Source: Verrucomicrobiia bacterium (GTDB lineage Bacteria; Verrucomicrobiota; Verrucomicrobiia; Limisphaerales; UBA1319). Taken from it: 64,000 bases of DNA. Of this stretch, positions 1 to 9,838 are shown piece after piece. Location: positions 5,696,001 through 5,760,000 of the forward strand of contig OY760937.1 in assembly GCA_963664225.1 (NCBI GenBank), written 5' to 3'. The notes below the pieces were generated by a model. That model saw only the letters and a list, made by a program, of their open reading frames with translations. It did no database searches and had not been told where the DNA came from. Position 1 is the first letter of the stretch; each line of letters begins with the position of its first letter. The translations under genes were made by a program, and so were the position numbers.

Positions 1-1
1 G

Positions 2-1408
2 GAGTGCAGGGATCGATTCCGTTATGTCATGGTGGATGAGTATCAGGATACGAATGGCTCCCAATTTGCGTTCGTGAATTATTTGACGAAAAATCATCGC
101 AACCTGTGCGTCGTGGGTGATGACGATCAGAGCATCTATGGTTGGCGCGGGGCGGAAGTGGCCAATCTGCTCGATCTGGAAAAGCATTATCCCGAAGTGA
201 AGGTGGTCAAACTGGAGGAAAATTACCGTTCCACCAACACCATTCTCGACGCCGCCAATGCGGTGATCAAGTTGAACAGCCGCCGCCGCGAAAAGAAACT
301 CTGGTCTCGAAATGGGCAGGGCGAGAAGATTCTCATATACGCATTCAAGGACGAAGAAGAAGAGGCAAAAACGATCGTGGAGGAGATTCAGTGCGATCGA
401 ATGGCGCGCTCCATTCCCTGGAGCGATCAGGCGATTCTGTTTCGCACCAATATTCAATCGCGCCCATTGGAGACAGCCCTTCGAGAGGCTGGGGTGCGTT
501 ATAATTTGATCGGCGGGCAAAGCTTCTTTGACCGGCGCGAGGTCAAGGATCTGATTGCCTACTTGAAGGTTTTCATCAATCCCAACGACGATAACAGTCT
601 GTTGCGCATCGCCAATGTGCCCCCGCGGGGCTTGAGCGATGTGACGATGGAACGGTTGCTTGAAGCCAGTCAGAAGCGTAAATGCTCGGTCTATGCTGTG
701 ACGCGGCATACGGATGTTCAGGAATCGTTCCAGGCGCGAACACGAGAGGCAATGGCTGATTTCATGCGCCTGATCGATGAGATGCGCGCGCCTTTGGAGG
801 GCGGCAAGAGCTTTTCGCTTTTGGAATGGATGGAACGGTTTCTCAAGGACACCGGCTACATCGACGATTTACGCAAATCTGAAAAGAATGTGGAAATCGC
901 GGAAAACAGGGTTCGCAATCTCAAGGATCTATTGATCTCGCTGGAGGAACGAATGGAGGAGGGTTTAACGCCCGTGAGGAGATTGGAGGAATTTCTGGAG
1001 GGCATCACGCTGGATGGAGACCGGTATGACGAGAAGGAAACCACAGGGGATGCAGTGACGTTGATCACCACCCATAGCTGCAAGGGTCTGGAGTTTCCGC
1101 GCGTGCATCTTGTGGGTGTCGAGGATGGGTTGCTGCCGCATTCGCGTTCAGCCGTCGAGGGAACGCTGGAGGAGGAGCGGCGTCTCTTCTATGTCGCGAT
1201 CACGCGGGCCAAGCGGATGTTGACGCTGAGCTTTTGCCAAAGCCGGAAAAAGTATGGGCAGTTGGCGCCCTGTCATCCATCCCGTTTTTTGAATGATTTG
1301 CCGAAGGAATTGGTGGAATGGGCGGATCCCAAATCCAATAAACTGGTCCAACCTCAAGCGGGTAAAAGCCTTTTTGCAGCCATGCGCGCGGCCGCCGGCG
1401 GGGAGTAG
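2..1408 (+). CDS. UvrD/Rep/PcrA family SF1 DNA helicase, 5' part outside the window
   Basis: Frame open from position 2. Motifs VDEYQD, VVGDDDQSIYGWRGA, LEENYRST, THSCKGLEF and EERRLFYVAITRA. Confidence 0.93.
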   Translation, partial: ECRDRFRYVMVDEYQDTNGSQFAFVNYLTKNHRNLCVVGDDDQSIYGWRGAEVANLLDLEKHYPEVKVVKLEENYRSTNTILDAANAVIKLNSRRREKKLWSRNGQGEKILIYAFKDEEEEAKTIVEEIQCDRMARSIPWSDQAILFRTNIQSRPLETALREAGVRYNLIGGQSFFDRREVKDLIAYLKVFINPNDDNSLLRIANVPPRGLSDVTMERLLEASQKRKCSVYAVTRHTDVQESFQARTREAMADFMRLIDEMRAPLEGGKSFSLLEWMERFLKDTGYIDDLRKSEKNVEIAENRVRNLKDLLISLEERMEEGLTPVRRLEEFLEGITLDGDRYDEKETTGDAVTLITTHSCKGLEFPRVHLVGVEDGLLPHSRSAVEGTLEEERRLFYVAITRAKRMLTLSFCQSRKKYGQLAPCHPSRFLNDLPKELVEWADPKSNKLVQPQAGKSLFAAMRAAAGGE

Positions 1409-1480
1409 TCCGCTGCTGAAAAACCAGCGGCTTTCTCCAGCACGTTATCAAGTCCCTGCCACTTTGGCAGGCAGCGAGTG

Positions 1481-3502
1481 TCAGGCAAATTGCAAACGTG
1501 AAGTCGGCGCCTCCGCATCCCAACCCCGGGGCGGCTTGCTGTTGATGGCGGCCACTTCCTTGATGGAAAGTTGATTACCAATCGCCTTGGCCGTTTTCAC
1601 CGGCACATCGCCCGGTTTGCAGACCTGTTGATTCACTTTCTGATACGGCGCGGCTTTGTAACGAATATAGATCTCTGCCGGGGTGTCCGGTTCGAAGAAA
1701 AGGATTTTCGATTTGGGCGGTATGCAGCAATAATCTTTGTTGAGAATGGTGCCGCCAAAGGTGAAGCGCTTGATATAGGTGGCCTCGCGATTGGTGTAGG
1801 AAAGCGTATGCACGCGATCGCGATCCGGCACGGCACAATGGATCAAGTCCTGGCCTACAAACAGTTTCTCAGGCAGTTCAATCACTTTGTAGTGTCCGTC
1901 CTTGAAGACCAAAAGCAATTTGTCAAATTCGGAGCAACTCAACTCAAATTCATCACCGCCCACTTTGTATCCCACATAACCCTTCTCACGGTCATAGGTG
2001 ACTTTGAATGACTTGAAAGCCGCGTCGCGGGCTTCGACCTCGTCGAATCGGCCGTTCTTGGTCAGACGCGGATACAATGGACCATACTTGGCCAACAAGT
2101 CTTGAAGGCGTCCGATGGCGTATTTCACGAGATTCTTGAGGTTTCGTCCCACTTGGTCGAGCTCGGCTTTGACCTTCTCCATCTCTTCGCGATGCTTGTT
2201 GATGTCGAAGAGAGAAATCCGCCGGATTCGGACACTGAGCAGGGTTTCGACGTCTGGGTCAGTCAAATCGCGGTACATTTCGGAGCGGAACGGAATGAAG
2301 CCCTCATAAACGGACGCAACGACCGCTTCATTGGTTTTGCACTGCTCGATTTTTTTGTAAATCCGGTTTTCAATGAAAATGCGAACCAGTGTTTTGAAAA
2401 AAAGTTCCTCCTGGAGTTGGTGCAACCTGTATTCGAGCTCACGCTTCAAAATGTCCAGGAGCTGGTCGGTATTCTCCCGGAGCACTTCGGAAACGGTCAA
2501 TTCCACCGGACGGTTGTTCTTGATCACGACGATGCGGCTGGAGATGGTGGATTCGCAATCCGTGAACGCATATAGGGCAGTGACGAGTTGCTCGGCGTTC
2601 ACACCCTGGGGCGCCTTGATCTCGATTTCGACCTCTTCTGCCGTAAAATCGTTGATACTGCGCACCTTTAGCTTGCCTTTGCGCGCGGCTTCTTCGATCG
2701 AACTGGTCAGCGAGTCGGTGGTCGTGGTCGGTGGAATTTCCTTGATGACCACAGTCGATTCATCTTTGACCTTGATTTTGGCGCGCACACGGATGCTGCC
2801 TTTGCCGTCCTGATATTCCCTGGCGTCCATCAACCCGCCGGTCGCAAAGTCGGGCAGAATCTTGAACGGCTGCTTTTTCAATATCGCAATTTGCGCTTCA
2901 AGCAACTCCGGGAAATTGTGGGATAGAATCTTGGAGGACAGGCCGACCGCGATGCCTTCCGTGCCCAACATCAGAAGCAGGGGCAGCTTGCATGGCAGAG
3001 TCACCGGCTCTTTGTTGCGACCGTCATAACTTGGAACGAATTCCGTCAGGTCATCGTTGAACACCTCGGTGCGCGCGAGTTCTGTCAGGCGGCACTCGAT
3101 GTAACGGGAGGCTGCCGCGGAATCGCCGGTAAAGATGTTTCCAAAGTTACCCTGGCCTTCGATCAGATATCGTTTGTTGGTTAGGACCACCAGGGCGTCA
3201 CCGATCGAGGCGTCGCCATGCGGGTGGTACTGCATGCAATGGCCGACCACATTGGCCACCTTGATGAATTTGCCGTCGTCCTTTTGATGCAGCGACCACA
3301 GGATGCGGCGCTGCACGGGCTTGAGACCGTCGGCCAGATTGGGAATGGCCCGGTCACGAATAACGTACGAGGCATATTCCAAAAAGCCGCGATCCATTCG
3401 TTTATGGAGCAATCCTTCGGCCTTGGTCGCAATGACCGCCGTATGGTGCGGATGATCCGAGGGAGATTCTGCGATGACTTGGTGCTCGTTGGTGTCAGTC
3501 AT
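1481..3502 (-). CDS. parC: DNA topoisomerase IV subunit A (short GyrA/ParC family)
   Basis: DGLKPVQRRIL, YHPHGD and catalytic AAASRYIE. 673 aa with no GyrA-box recognised. Downstream of the B subunit. Confidence 0.88.
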   Translation of the reverse strand: MTDTNEHQVIAESPSDHPHHTAVIATKAEGLLHKRMDRGFLEYASYVIRDRAIPNLADGLKPVQRRILWSLHQKDDGKFIKVANVVGHCMQYHPHGDASIGDALVVLTNKRYLIEGQGNFGNIFTGDSAAASRYIECRLTELARTEVFNDDLTEFVPSYDGRNKEPVTLPCKLPLLLMLGTEGIAVGLSSKILSHNFPELLEAQIAILKKQPFKILPDFATGGLMDAREYQDGKGSIRVRAKIKVKDESTVVIKEIPPTTTTDSLTSSIEEAARKGKLKVRSINDFTAEEVEIEIKAPQGVNAEQLVTALYAFTDCESTISSRIVVIKNNRPVELTVSEVLRENTDQLLDILKRELEYRLHQLQEELFFKTLVRIFIENRIYKKIEQCKTNEAVVASVYEGFIPFRSEMYRDLTDPDVETLLSVRIRRISLFDINKHREEMEKVKAELDQVGRNLKNLVKYAIGRLQDLLAKYGPLYPRLTKNGRFDEVEARDAAFKSFKVTYDREKGYVGYKVGGDEFELSCSEFDKLLLVFKDGHYKVIELPEKLFVGQDLIHCAVPDRDRVHTLSYTNREATYIKRFTFGGTILNKDYCCIPPKSKILFFEPDTPAEIYIRYKAAPYQKVNQQVCKPGDVPVKTAKAIGNQLSIKEVAAINSKPPRGWDAEAPTSRLQFA

Positions 3503-3531
3503 GGTTGCTAAAAAATGGAGCTAAAATGGGA

Positions 3532-5364
3532 TTAATCTTCCACAGGCACCACGAGGTTGCTCATGATGTAATCCTTGCGTTCCGGGGTGTTGCGTCCCAT
3601 GTAAAACGAAAGGATTGTGGACGTGTCCTGGACCGGTGCGTACTCCACCTGGCTGAGCCGCATCTCCGGACCGATGAATTGCTTGAATTCCTTGGGTGAG
3701 ATTTCGCCCAATCCTTTGAACCGGGTTATTTCGGGGCTTTTGCCCAGTTTTTTCACTGCGGCATCCCGTTCCGCCTCGGAATAACAGTACGTGGTTTCCT
3801 GTTTGTTGCGAACGCGGAACAAGGGAGTTTCCAATATATGCAGGTGGCCGTCACGGACGAGTTGGTCAAAAAAACGGAAGAAATAGGTGATCATCAAGTT
3901 GCGAATATGCAGGCCGTCCACATCCGCATCGGTGGCCAGAATCACTTTTTCGTAACGCAGACCCTCCAGATTGTCTTCAATGTCCAGGCTGCGCATCAAG
4001 TTATAGAGCTCGTCATTCTTATAGACAACGTCCCTTTTCAGATCCCAAACATTCAGAGGTTTGCCTTTTAATACGAAGATCGCCTGCGTGTTGACATCGC
4101 GGCAACTGACAATGGAACCGGCAGCGGACTGACCCTCTGTAATAAAGACCATCGACCCCTTGCCTTTGGCTTTGGCCTTGTCCAGGTGCGTTTTGCAATC
4201 CTTGAGCTGCGGAATGCGGATGGTGATGGCTTTGGCACGATCGCGCGCCAGTTTTTTGACCTCCTGCAATTCTTTGCGAAGCTGTTCGGTGTCCCGCACC
4301 TTGGCGATTACTTTTTCAGCGATGTCCTTATTGCGATTAAAAAACTGCAGGAGTTCCTCCCGAACCTTGTTCACTATGTCCGTGCGGATTTCCGTATTCC
4401 CGAGTTTGTTTTTCGTCTGGGATTCAAAAATGGGATCTTTCAGTCGAATGGAAATCGCTCCCACCATGCATTCGCGCACATCGTCACTGTCAAATTTTGC
4501 ATTCGCAAATTCATTGATGGCCTTGACCAGACCTTCCTTGAAGGCGCTGAGATGCGTGCCGCCGTCCGAAGTGAACTGGCCGTTCACGAAAGAGTAAAAA
4601 GTCTCGTTGTAACGGCTATTGCTGTGTGTAAAACAGAATTCCAGAACCTTGTTGGTATAGTGGAGCGGGGGATAGATTGGCTCGCTGCCGTCGGCATCCA
4701 GATCCTCCATCACCAAATCCATCAGCCCCAGCTTGGATTGGAATTCCTTGCCGTTATAGACCAGTTTGAGGCCCGCGTTGAGATAGGAATAATGTCTGAG
4801 CCGCCGTTCGACATGCGCCTCGAGATACTTGGAGTCCTTGAAAATTTCCGGGTCGGGTTCAAACCGGATAAAGGTGCCGTTGGGTTCGCCCGGACATTTG
4901 CCGCTTTTTTCGCTCTTGAGTTTGCCCTGGCGGAAGGTCGCTTCGGAAAATTCCCCATCGCGATGACTGCGGACGTAGAATTCCTTGGAGAGCGCATTGA
5001 CCGCCTTGGTGCCCACGCCGTTGAGTCCGACGCTGAATTGAAACACATCGTCGTTGTATTTGGCCCCGGTGTTAATCTTGGAGACGCAGTCGATAACCTT
5101 GCCCAATGGGATACCCCGGCCCTGATCGCGAACGGAGATCGTGTTTCCTTCGATGGTGATCTGGATTTCGCGTCCGCTGCCCATGATAAATTCGTCGATC
5201 GCGTTGTCGATGACCTCCTTTAGCAGAACATAACAACCGTCATCGTGATCCGATCCATTCCCGATGCGGCCAATATACATGCCCGTCCGCATCCGGATAT
5301 GCTCCAGAGAGGATAGCGTCTTGATCTTGCTCTCGTCGTAAACGTGTTTCTTTGAGTCGGCCAT
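3532..5364 (-). CDS. parE: DNA topoisomerase IV subunit B
   Basis: EHIRMRTGMYIG, EVIDNAIDE, GLNGVG, TOPRIM EGQSA and TDADVDG, RFKGLGE. Start placed at MADSKK (ATG 5364). Confidence 0.88.
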   Translation of the reverse strand: MADSKKHVYDESKIKTLSSLEHIRMRTGMYIGRIGNGSDHDDGCYVLLKEVIDNAIDEFIMGSGREIQITIEGNTISVRDQGRGIPLGKVIDCVSKINTGAKYNDDVFQFSVGLNGVGTKAVNALSKEFYVRSHRDGEFSEATFRQGKLKSEKSGKCPGEPNGTFIRFEPDPEIFKDSKYLEAHVERRLRHYSYLNAGLKLVYNGKEFQSKLGLMDLVMEDLDADGSEPIYPPLHYTNKVLEFCFTHSNSRYNETFYSFVNGQFTSDGGTHLSAFKEGLVKAINEFANAKFDSDDVRECMVGAISIRLKDPIFESQTKNKLGNTEIRTDIVNKVREELLQFFNRNKDIAEKVIAKVRDTEQLRKELQEVKKLARDRAKAITIRIPQLKDCKTHLDKAKAKGKGSMVFITEGQSAAGSIVSCRDVNTQAIFVLKGKPLNVWDLKRDVVYKNDELYNLMRSLDIEDNLEGLRYEKVILATDADVDGLHIRNLMITYFFRFFDQLVRDGHLHILETPLFRVRNKQETTYCYSEAERDAAVKKLGKSPEITRFKGLGEISPKEFKQFIGPEMRLSQVEYAPVQDTSTILSFYMGRNTPERKDYIMSNLVVPVED

Positions 5365-5452
5365 ATTCAATCCACAACCAATTAAGGGGACGAATATTGT
5401 GAGGAAAAATCCGGTTGCCAATAAGGAAATTAAGGAGCGTTACGAGTGAGCA

Positions 5453-5664
5453 CCGCAACCTATTGTTGATGAACAACATAGGTAATGTTTATAGACGGCT
5501 CCACTCGTGGGTTACCCACTGCCAATGGTTTATAACATGTGAACAACTTTGGATGGTTTTCCGTTCGTTTACCCTTAGAATGCATTCATAATCTCTTACT
5601 CCAGTTTCTCACAAACACACGATTAGTGGTGTACGTGTGAATAACTTTCCCCTATATGTTGTGG
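5453..5664. promoter_or_regulatory. Divergent parE/smc promoter region with DnaA-box-like and NrdR-box-like sites
   Basis: TGTGAATAA (5636-5644) fits TGTGNATAA, and TGTGAACAA (5538-5546) has one mismatch. CCCCTATATGTTGTGG (5649-5664) and an inverted relative at 5453-5468 resemble NrdR boxes. Confidence 0.45.
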
Positions 5665-5710
5665 TTTTTGCCTTTACGGGATAACGACATGGGCGCTTAA
5701 TCAGGGGGTC

Positions 5711-8700
5711 ATGTACCTGAAGAATTTAACGATTCTAGGATTTAAATCGTTTGCGGATAAAACAACCCTCAATTTTTTGCCGGGTATCACGGCGATTGTG
5801 GGGCCGAATGGCTGTGGCAAGTCCAACGTGGCCGACTGCATTCGGTGGGTCGTGGGCGAGCAATCTGCCAAGGCCTTGCGTGGAGGTGAGATGGCGGACG
5901 TGATTTTCAACGGGGCCGATTCCCGAAAACCGCTCGCCATGGCAGAGGTGTCGTTGACTATGAGCGACATCGACGAAGGCCAATTACGAGCCGCCGGTGT
6001 GGATGTTGCATTCGACGAGGTAACGGTGACACGCCGTGTATTCCGGGATGGTTCCAGCGAATACTTCATTAATAAAACACCGTGCCGGCTCAAGGACATT
6101 CAACAGCTATTCATGGGCACCGGTGTGGGGCGCGCCAGCTATAGCATCATGGCCCAAGGCCATATCACGCAGCTTTTGTCCAGCCGCCCGGAAGATCGCC
6201 GAATGGTGTTTGAGGAGGCCGCCGGGATCACGCGTTTCAAGACTCAAAAAAAGGAAGCGTTGCGGAAGCTGGAGAGCACAGAGCAGAATTTGCTGCGACT
6301 GACGGATTTGATTCGCGAGGTCAAGCGGCAGATTGGCTCGCTACAGCGCCAGGCGGGCAAGGCGCGTCGCTACAAACAATTCATGGTGGAGCTTCAGCAT
6401 TTGGACTGCCAGTTGGCGCGACATCAGTTCGACGTTTTCCAGATGGAGATCAAAGACCGCCAGACCAGCGCCGAGAAGCTGCGCATTGAGATGGAGGTTT
6501 GTTCTGAAAGCATGCTGCGCGAGGAGGACGAGATTGGGCGCTTGCGCACGCGAATGATGGAATTGGAGCAGGAGATCAGCGCCTCCCAGCAGCAGGGGCT
6601 TGAGCTAAAGGGGCGGGCGGACCAGCACGAAAGCCGAATCCATTTCAACGAGCAGCGCTTGCAGGAATTGGAAAATCAGAACGCCAAAGCCCTGGGGGAT
6701 ATTGCTCAAGGCGAGGAGCGCCGACAGGTGGCGGAGCAGGAACTGGAGTCATTAAGGGAACGGTTCACAGCCTCGATGACGGGCCTGGAGCAACTGCGCG
6801 TTGCCATGCAGGAGAAACGCGACGCATTGCTGAAGATTGAAAACGGGCTGCGCGAGCGTCAGGAGACGTTGCGCAAGGCCCAGTCCGATGCCTTTAATCT
6901 GGCGCAACAGCTCACCAGGACACGCAATGAAATCAATGCGCTCGAAATGCAGAAGCAGGGCAATGCCGGACGCCTTGAAAAACTCTCCTCTGAAAAAGTC
7001 CAGTTGGAAGAGGAGCGCATCCGCTTGGAGGCGCGGTTGACGGAGTTTGCCACGAATGTCGAGGCGGAAAAAATAACCCTACAGGCCCGCCGTGGAACGG
7101 TCGAGGAACAACAGGCGCGCCTGCGCCAGATTCAGCCGGAACTGGCCCAAATCACAAGAACGCTGGATGAGGCTCTGCGTCAACAGGCGGGACTGCGTTC
7201 CCGCATGAACGTGCTGGAGCAGTTGCAGGCGGCGCACGAGGGATTCAGCGCCGGAACGATGGCGGCCTTGAAGCAGGCTCCGCACATGCTGGGGGTCCTG
7301 GTGGATAAAATCCGGGTGCCGGATAATTATATCGCACCCATCGAAGCCGCCCTTGGGCATTATCTGCAATTGGTGTTGACCGATCAGCCCGAAACCGCCC
7401 GCCAAATTCTGGCCGATCTGCGCGCCAATCGTAAAGGTCGCGCGAGCATCGCGTCACTGGCCCTCCAAGCGAAATCTGGTTTGCCGCAAGCGTCCGAAAT
7501 CGCAGTCGAAAATTCGGCGCCTGCAACTGCAATTGAGCAGAGCGGGGTAACCGCGTCTGAGGCGACGAGTTCGGTTGATGCCACTTCCACTGCGGCTACT
7601 CCCGAAGCCGGCGAGGCTGGGCCTATAGCCGCCACGCTCACCCTCCAGACGGAAATGAGCCTGGGCGGTGCACTGGCCGGAGTCTCGGCGCTCTCCGTGA
7701 TTGAAGCGGATGAGACGGTTAAAAACCTTTTGGAACGGTTGCTTGGAAGGACATTGATCGTGTCGGATCTGGCGACCGCCACAGAGGTCTGGCGCGCTCG
7801 GAATGGCGAATGGGATGTGGTGACCGCAGACGGGGAAATGCTCAGCCGGCATGGCGTCTATACAGGCGGGTCCGCAGGCCATGGGGAAAAATCCGCAGCT
7901 TCCATTTTGGGTCGCAAGAACCAGATCACTGAATTGGAAACCCAGTTGGCCCAATTGCAGGAACAGGTCAACACCATAAGCCGCAGCAAAGGCGCATTGC
8001 AAAGCGAACAAACCGAATTGCAGGCGAGCATGCAGCAGGCGCAAAGCGAACTGCGCGTTCAGGAGGTTGAGATCGCAACGCGCCAGGGCGAATTCAGGGC
8101 TCTTGAAAATGCCGCGCGTTTGTTGCATCAAAAAATCGACACGGTGGTCTATGAAATTCAGAGTCTGGCGGAACAGGCCCAGGAGAATCAGGCCAAACGC
8201 GAGGCGCTGGGGACACAGGCGGGTGCGTTGGAAATTCGTGACCAGGAATTGCAGCAGCAGGTGAATGAAGGCAACAGTGCCCTGGAGGAACTCCGCCAGC
8301 AACGGGACACAGCCAATGGCGCACTGACGGAAACCAAGATCACACTGGCAAGCGAGGAGCAACTTTCCAATTCGCTGCGTCATCAGGTTCAGTCGCAGGA
8401 GCAGCGCATTATCGAGCTATCCCATTTGGTCGATGTTCGTCGTGAAGAAATTGAATCGATTGTGGAACGGCGAGGCCAGTTGCAGTCAGAAATCCACGAA
8501 TCACATGTGCGCGTGGATTCCCTGCGGCAGGATCGTGAATTGGTCAACACCCGCACGGCTTCACTGATCGGTCAAAAACAGGAACTCGAGACCGATATTT
8601 CGCAACGCGACGCCAACTTGAAAGAGCGGCGGCGGCGGCTTGCCGATGTCCAGCAGCAGCGCGGGGTCATCGATGTCGAACTGGCCCAAAAAACGATGTC

Positions 8701-9769
8701 TGTTCAGAACCTCCGGGAGCGTATCCAGCAAAAATACCAGTTGAATCTGGAGGATGTCCGCAGCGAATGCATCACCATCACCATGGCCGAGGAAGGCGCG
8801 CCCAAAGTGGAAACACTCACGCCTGATGAAATGGCCAATCGCGGTCTGGCAACGGATTGGGAAGCCGTGGCCGGGCAGGTGGCGGCGCTCCAGAAACGCA
8901 TTGATGAAATCGGGCCGGTCAACCTGGTGGCCATCGAGGAATACGAAGAGACGGAACAGCGTTACCAATTTCTGACGACCCAGCATGACGATCTGGCCAA
9001 GGCGAAGGAACAACTGCTCGAGGTTATCAACCGCATCAACACACAGACGCGGGAGATGTTCACGGAAACCTTCAATAAGGTCCGGGCCAACTTCCAAGTC
9101 CTGTTCACCGAGATTTTTGGCGGTGGCAAAGCCGATCTCCAACTGACCAACGAGGGCGACGTTCTGGAAAGCGGCATTGACATCATGGCCCGACCACCGG
9201 GAAAACAACTCCGCAGCATCAGCCTCCTCTCCGGTGGCGAACAAACGATGACTGCGGTGGCGCTGTTGTTCGCCATTTACCAGGTCAAACCCAGTCCGTT
9301 CTGCGTGCTGGATGAGTTGGACGCGCCACTGGATGAATCGAACATCAACCGCTTTATCGGAGTTTTAATGCGGTTTGTGCAAAACTCCCAGTTCATCATC
9401 ATCACCCATAACAAACGGACGATCGGCACGGCGGATGCGATCTACGGTGTCACCATGCAGGAACACGGCGTGAGTAAAATGGTGAGTATGAAATTTCAAA
9501 AGAATACTGGGACGCCAGCCGCCAAGCCTGCCGCGGCGAATTCGGTTGTTGAGCCTCCGGTTTATGTTCCCAGTGGGGAGCTGCCGACTGTTTCGCGGTC
9601 AGGCGGAGATTATTCCGCAGCGGAACCGGTGGCATCCATGGAAGATGCGTCAGGGGCTGTTAACAAAGTGACGCAAGGTAATGGACGCAGTGCGTCCCTG
9701 GCGCAAAAAGCCGGGGGTTCCGTAACTGCCAGCCCGCAGGATTCCATGGAGATGGCCATCGCTAAATAA
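5711..9769 (+). CDS. smc: Chromosome segregation protein SMC
   Basis: GFKSF, Walker A GPNGCGKSN, long coiled coils, hinge, LSGGE signature and Walker B LDELDAPLD. Confidence 0.97.
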   Translation: MYLKNLTILGFKSFADKTTLNFLPGITAIVGPNGCGKSNVADCIRWVVGEQSAKALRGGEMADVIFNGADSRKPLAMAEVSLTMSDIDEGQLRAAGVDVAFDEVTVTRRVFRDGSSEYFINKTPCRLKDIQQLFMGTGVGRASYSIMAQGHITQLLSSRPEDRRMVFEEAAGITRFKTQKKEALRKLESTEQNLLRLTDLIREVKRQIGSLQRQAGKARRYKQFMVELQHLDCQLARHQFDVFQMEIKDRQTSAEKLRIEMEVCSESMLREEDEIGRLRTRMMELEQEISASQQQGLELKGRADQHESRIHFNEQRLQELENQNAKALGDIAQGEERRQVAEQELESLRERFTASMTGLEQLRVAMQEKRDALLKIENGLRERQETLRKAQSDAFNLAQQLTRTRNEINALEMQKQGNAGRLEKLSSEKVQLEEERIRLEARLTEFATNVEAEKITLQARRGTVEEQQARLRQIQPELAQITRTLDEALRQQAGLRSRMNVLEQLQAAHEGFSAGTMAALKQAPHMLGVLVDKIRVPDNYIAPIEAALGHYLQLVLTDQPETARQILADLRANRKGRASIASLALQAKSGLPQASEIAVENSAPATAIEQSGVTASEATSSVDATSTAATPEAGEAGPIAATLTLQTEMSLGGALAGVSALSVIEADETVKNLLERLLGRTLIVSDLATATEVWRARNGEWDVVTADGEMLSRHGVYTGGSAGHGEKSAASILGRKNQITELETQLAQLQEQVNTISRSKGALQSEQTELQASMQQAQSELRVQEVEIATRQGEFRALENAARLLHQKIDTVVYEIQSLAEQAQENQAKREALGTQAGALEIRDQELQQQVNEGNSALEELRQQRDTANGALTETKITLASEEQLSNSLRHQVQSQEQRIIELSHLVDVRREEIESIVERRGQLQSEIHESHVRVDSLRQDRELVNTRTASLIGQKQELETDISQRDANLKERRRRLADVQQQRGVIDVELAQKTMSVQNLRERIQQKYQLNLEDVRSECITITMAEEGAPKVETLTPDEMANRGLATDWEAVAGQVAALQKRIDEIGPVNLVAIEEYEETEQRYQFLTTQHDDLAKAKEQLLEVINRINTQTREMFTETFNKVRANFQVLFTEIFGGGKADLQLTNEGDVLESGIDIMARPPGKQLRSISLLSGGEQTMTAVALLFAIYQVKPSPFCVLDELDAPLDESNINRFIGVLMRFVQNSQFIIITHNKRTIGTADAIYGVTMQEHGVSKMVSMKFQKNTGTPAAKPAAANSVVEPPVYVPSGELPTVSRSGGDYSAAEPVASMEDASGAVNKVTQGNGRSASLAQKAGGSVTASPQDSMEMAIAK

Positions 9770-9795
9770 GACGACCATTTGACAGGAGGGCAAAC

Positions 9796-9823
9796 CACCG
9801 CCCGGGGATGGCCTCGGGCGGTG
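9796..9823. terminator. GC-rich hairpin between convergent smc and DUF2961 genes
   Basis: CACCGCCCG...CGGGCGGTG inverted repeat. Confidence 0.5.
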
Positions 9824-9838
9824 ATGAATATTCTATTC

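Noticed and set aside
4186..5223. 345-aa plus-strand ORF
   Set aside because: Antisense shadow of parE with no recognisable motifs.
5365..5710. Chromosomal oriC
   Set aside because: Only two DnaA-like boxes and no dnaA or dnaN nearby. A regulatory role is more parsimonious.
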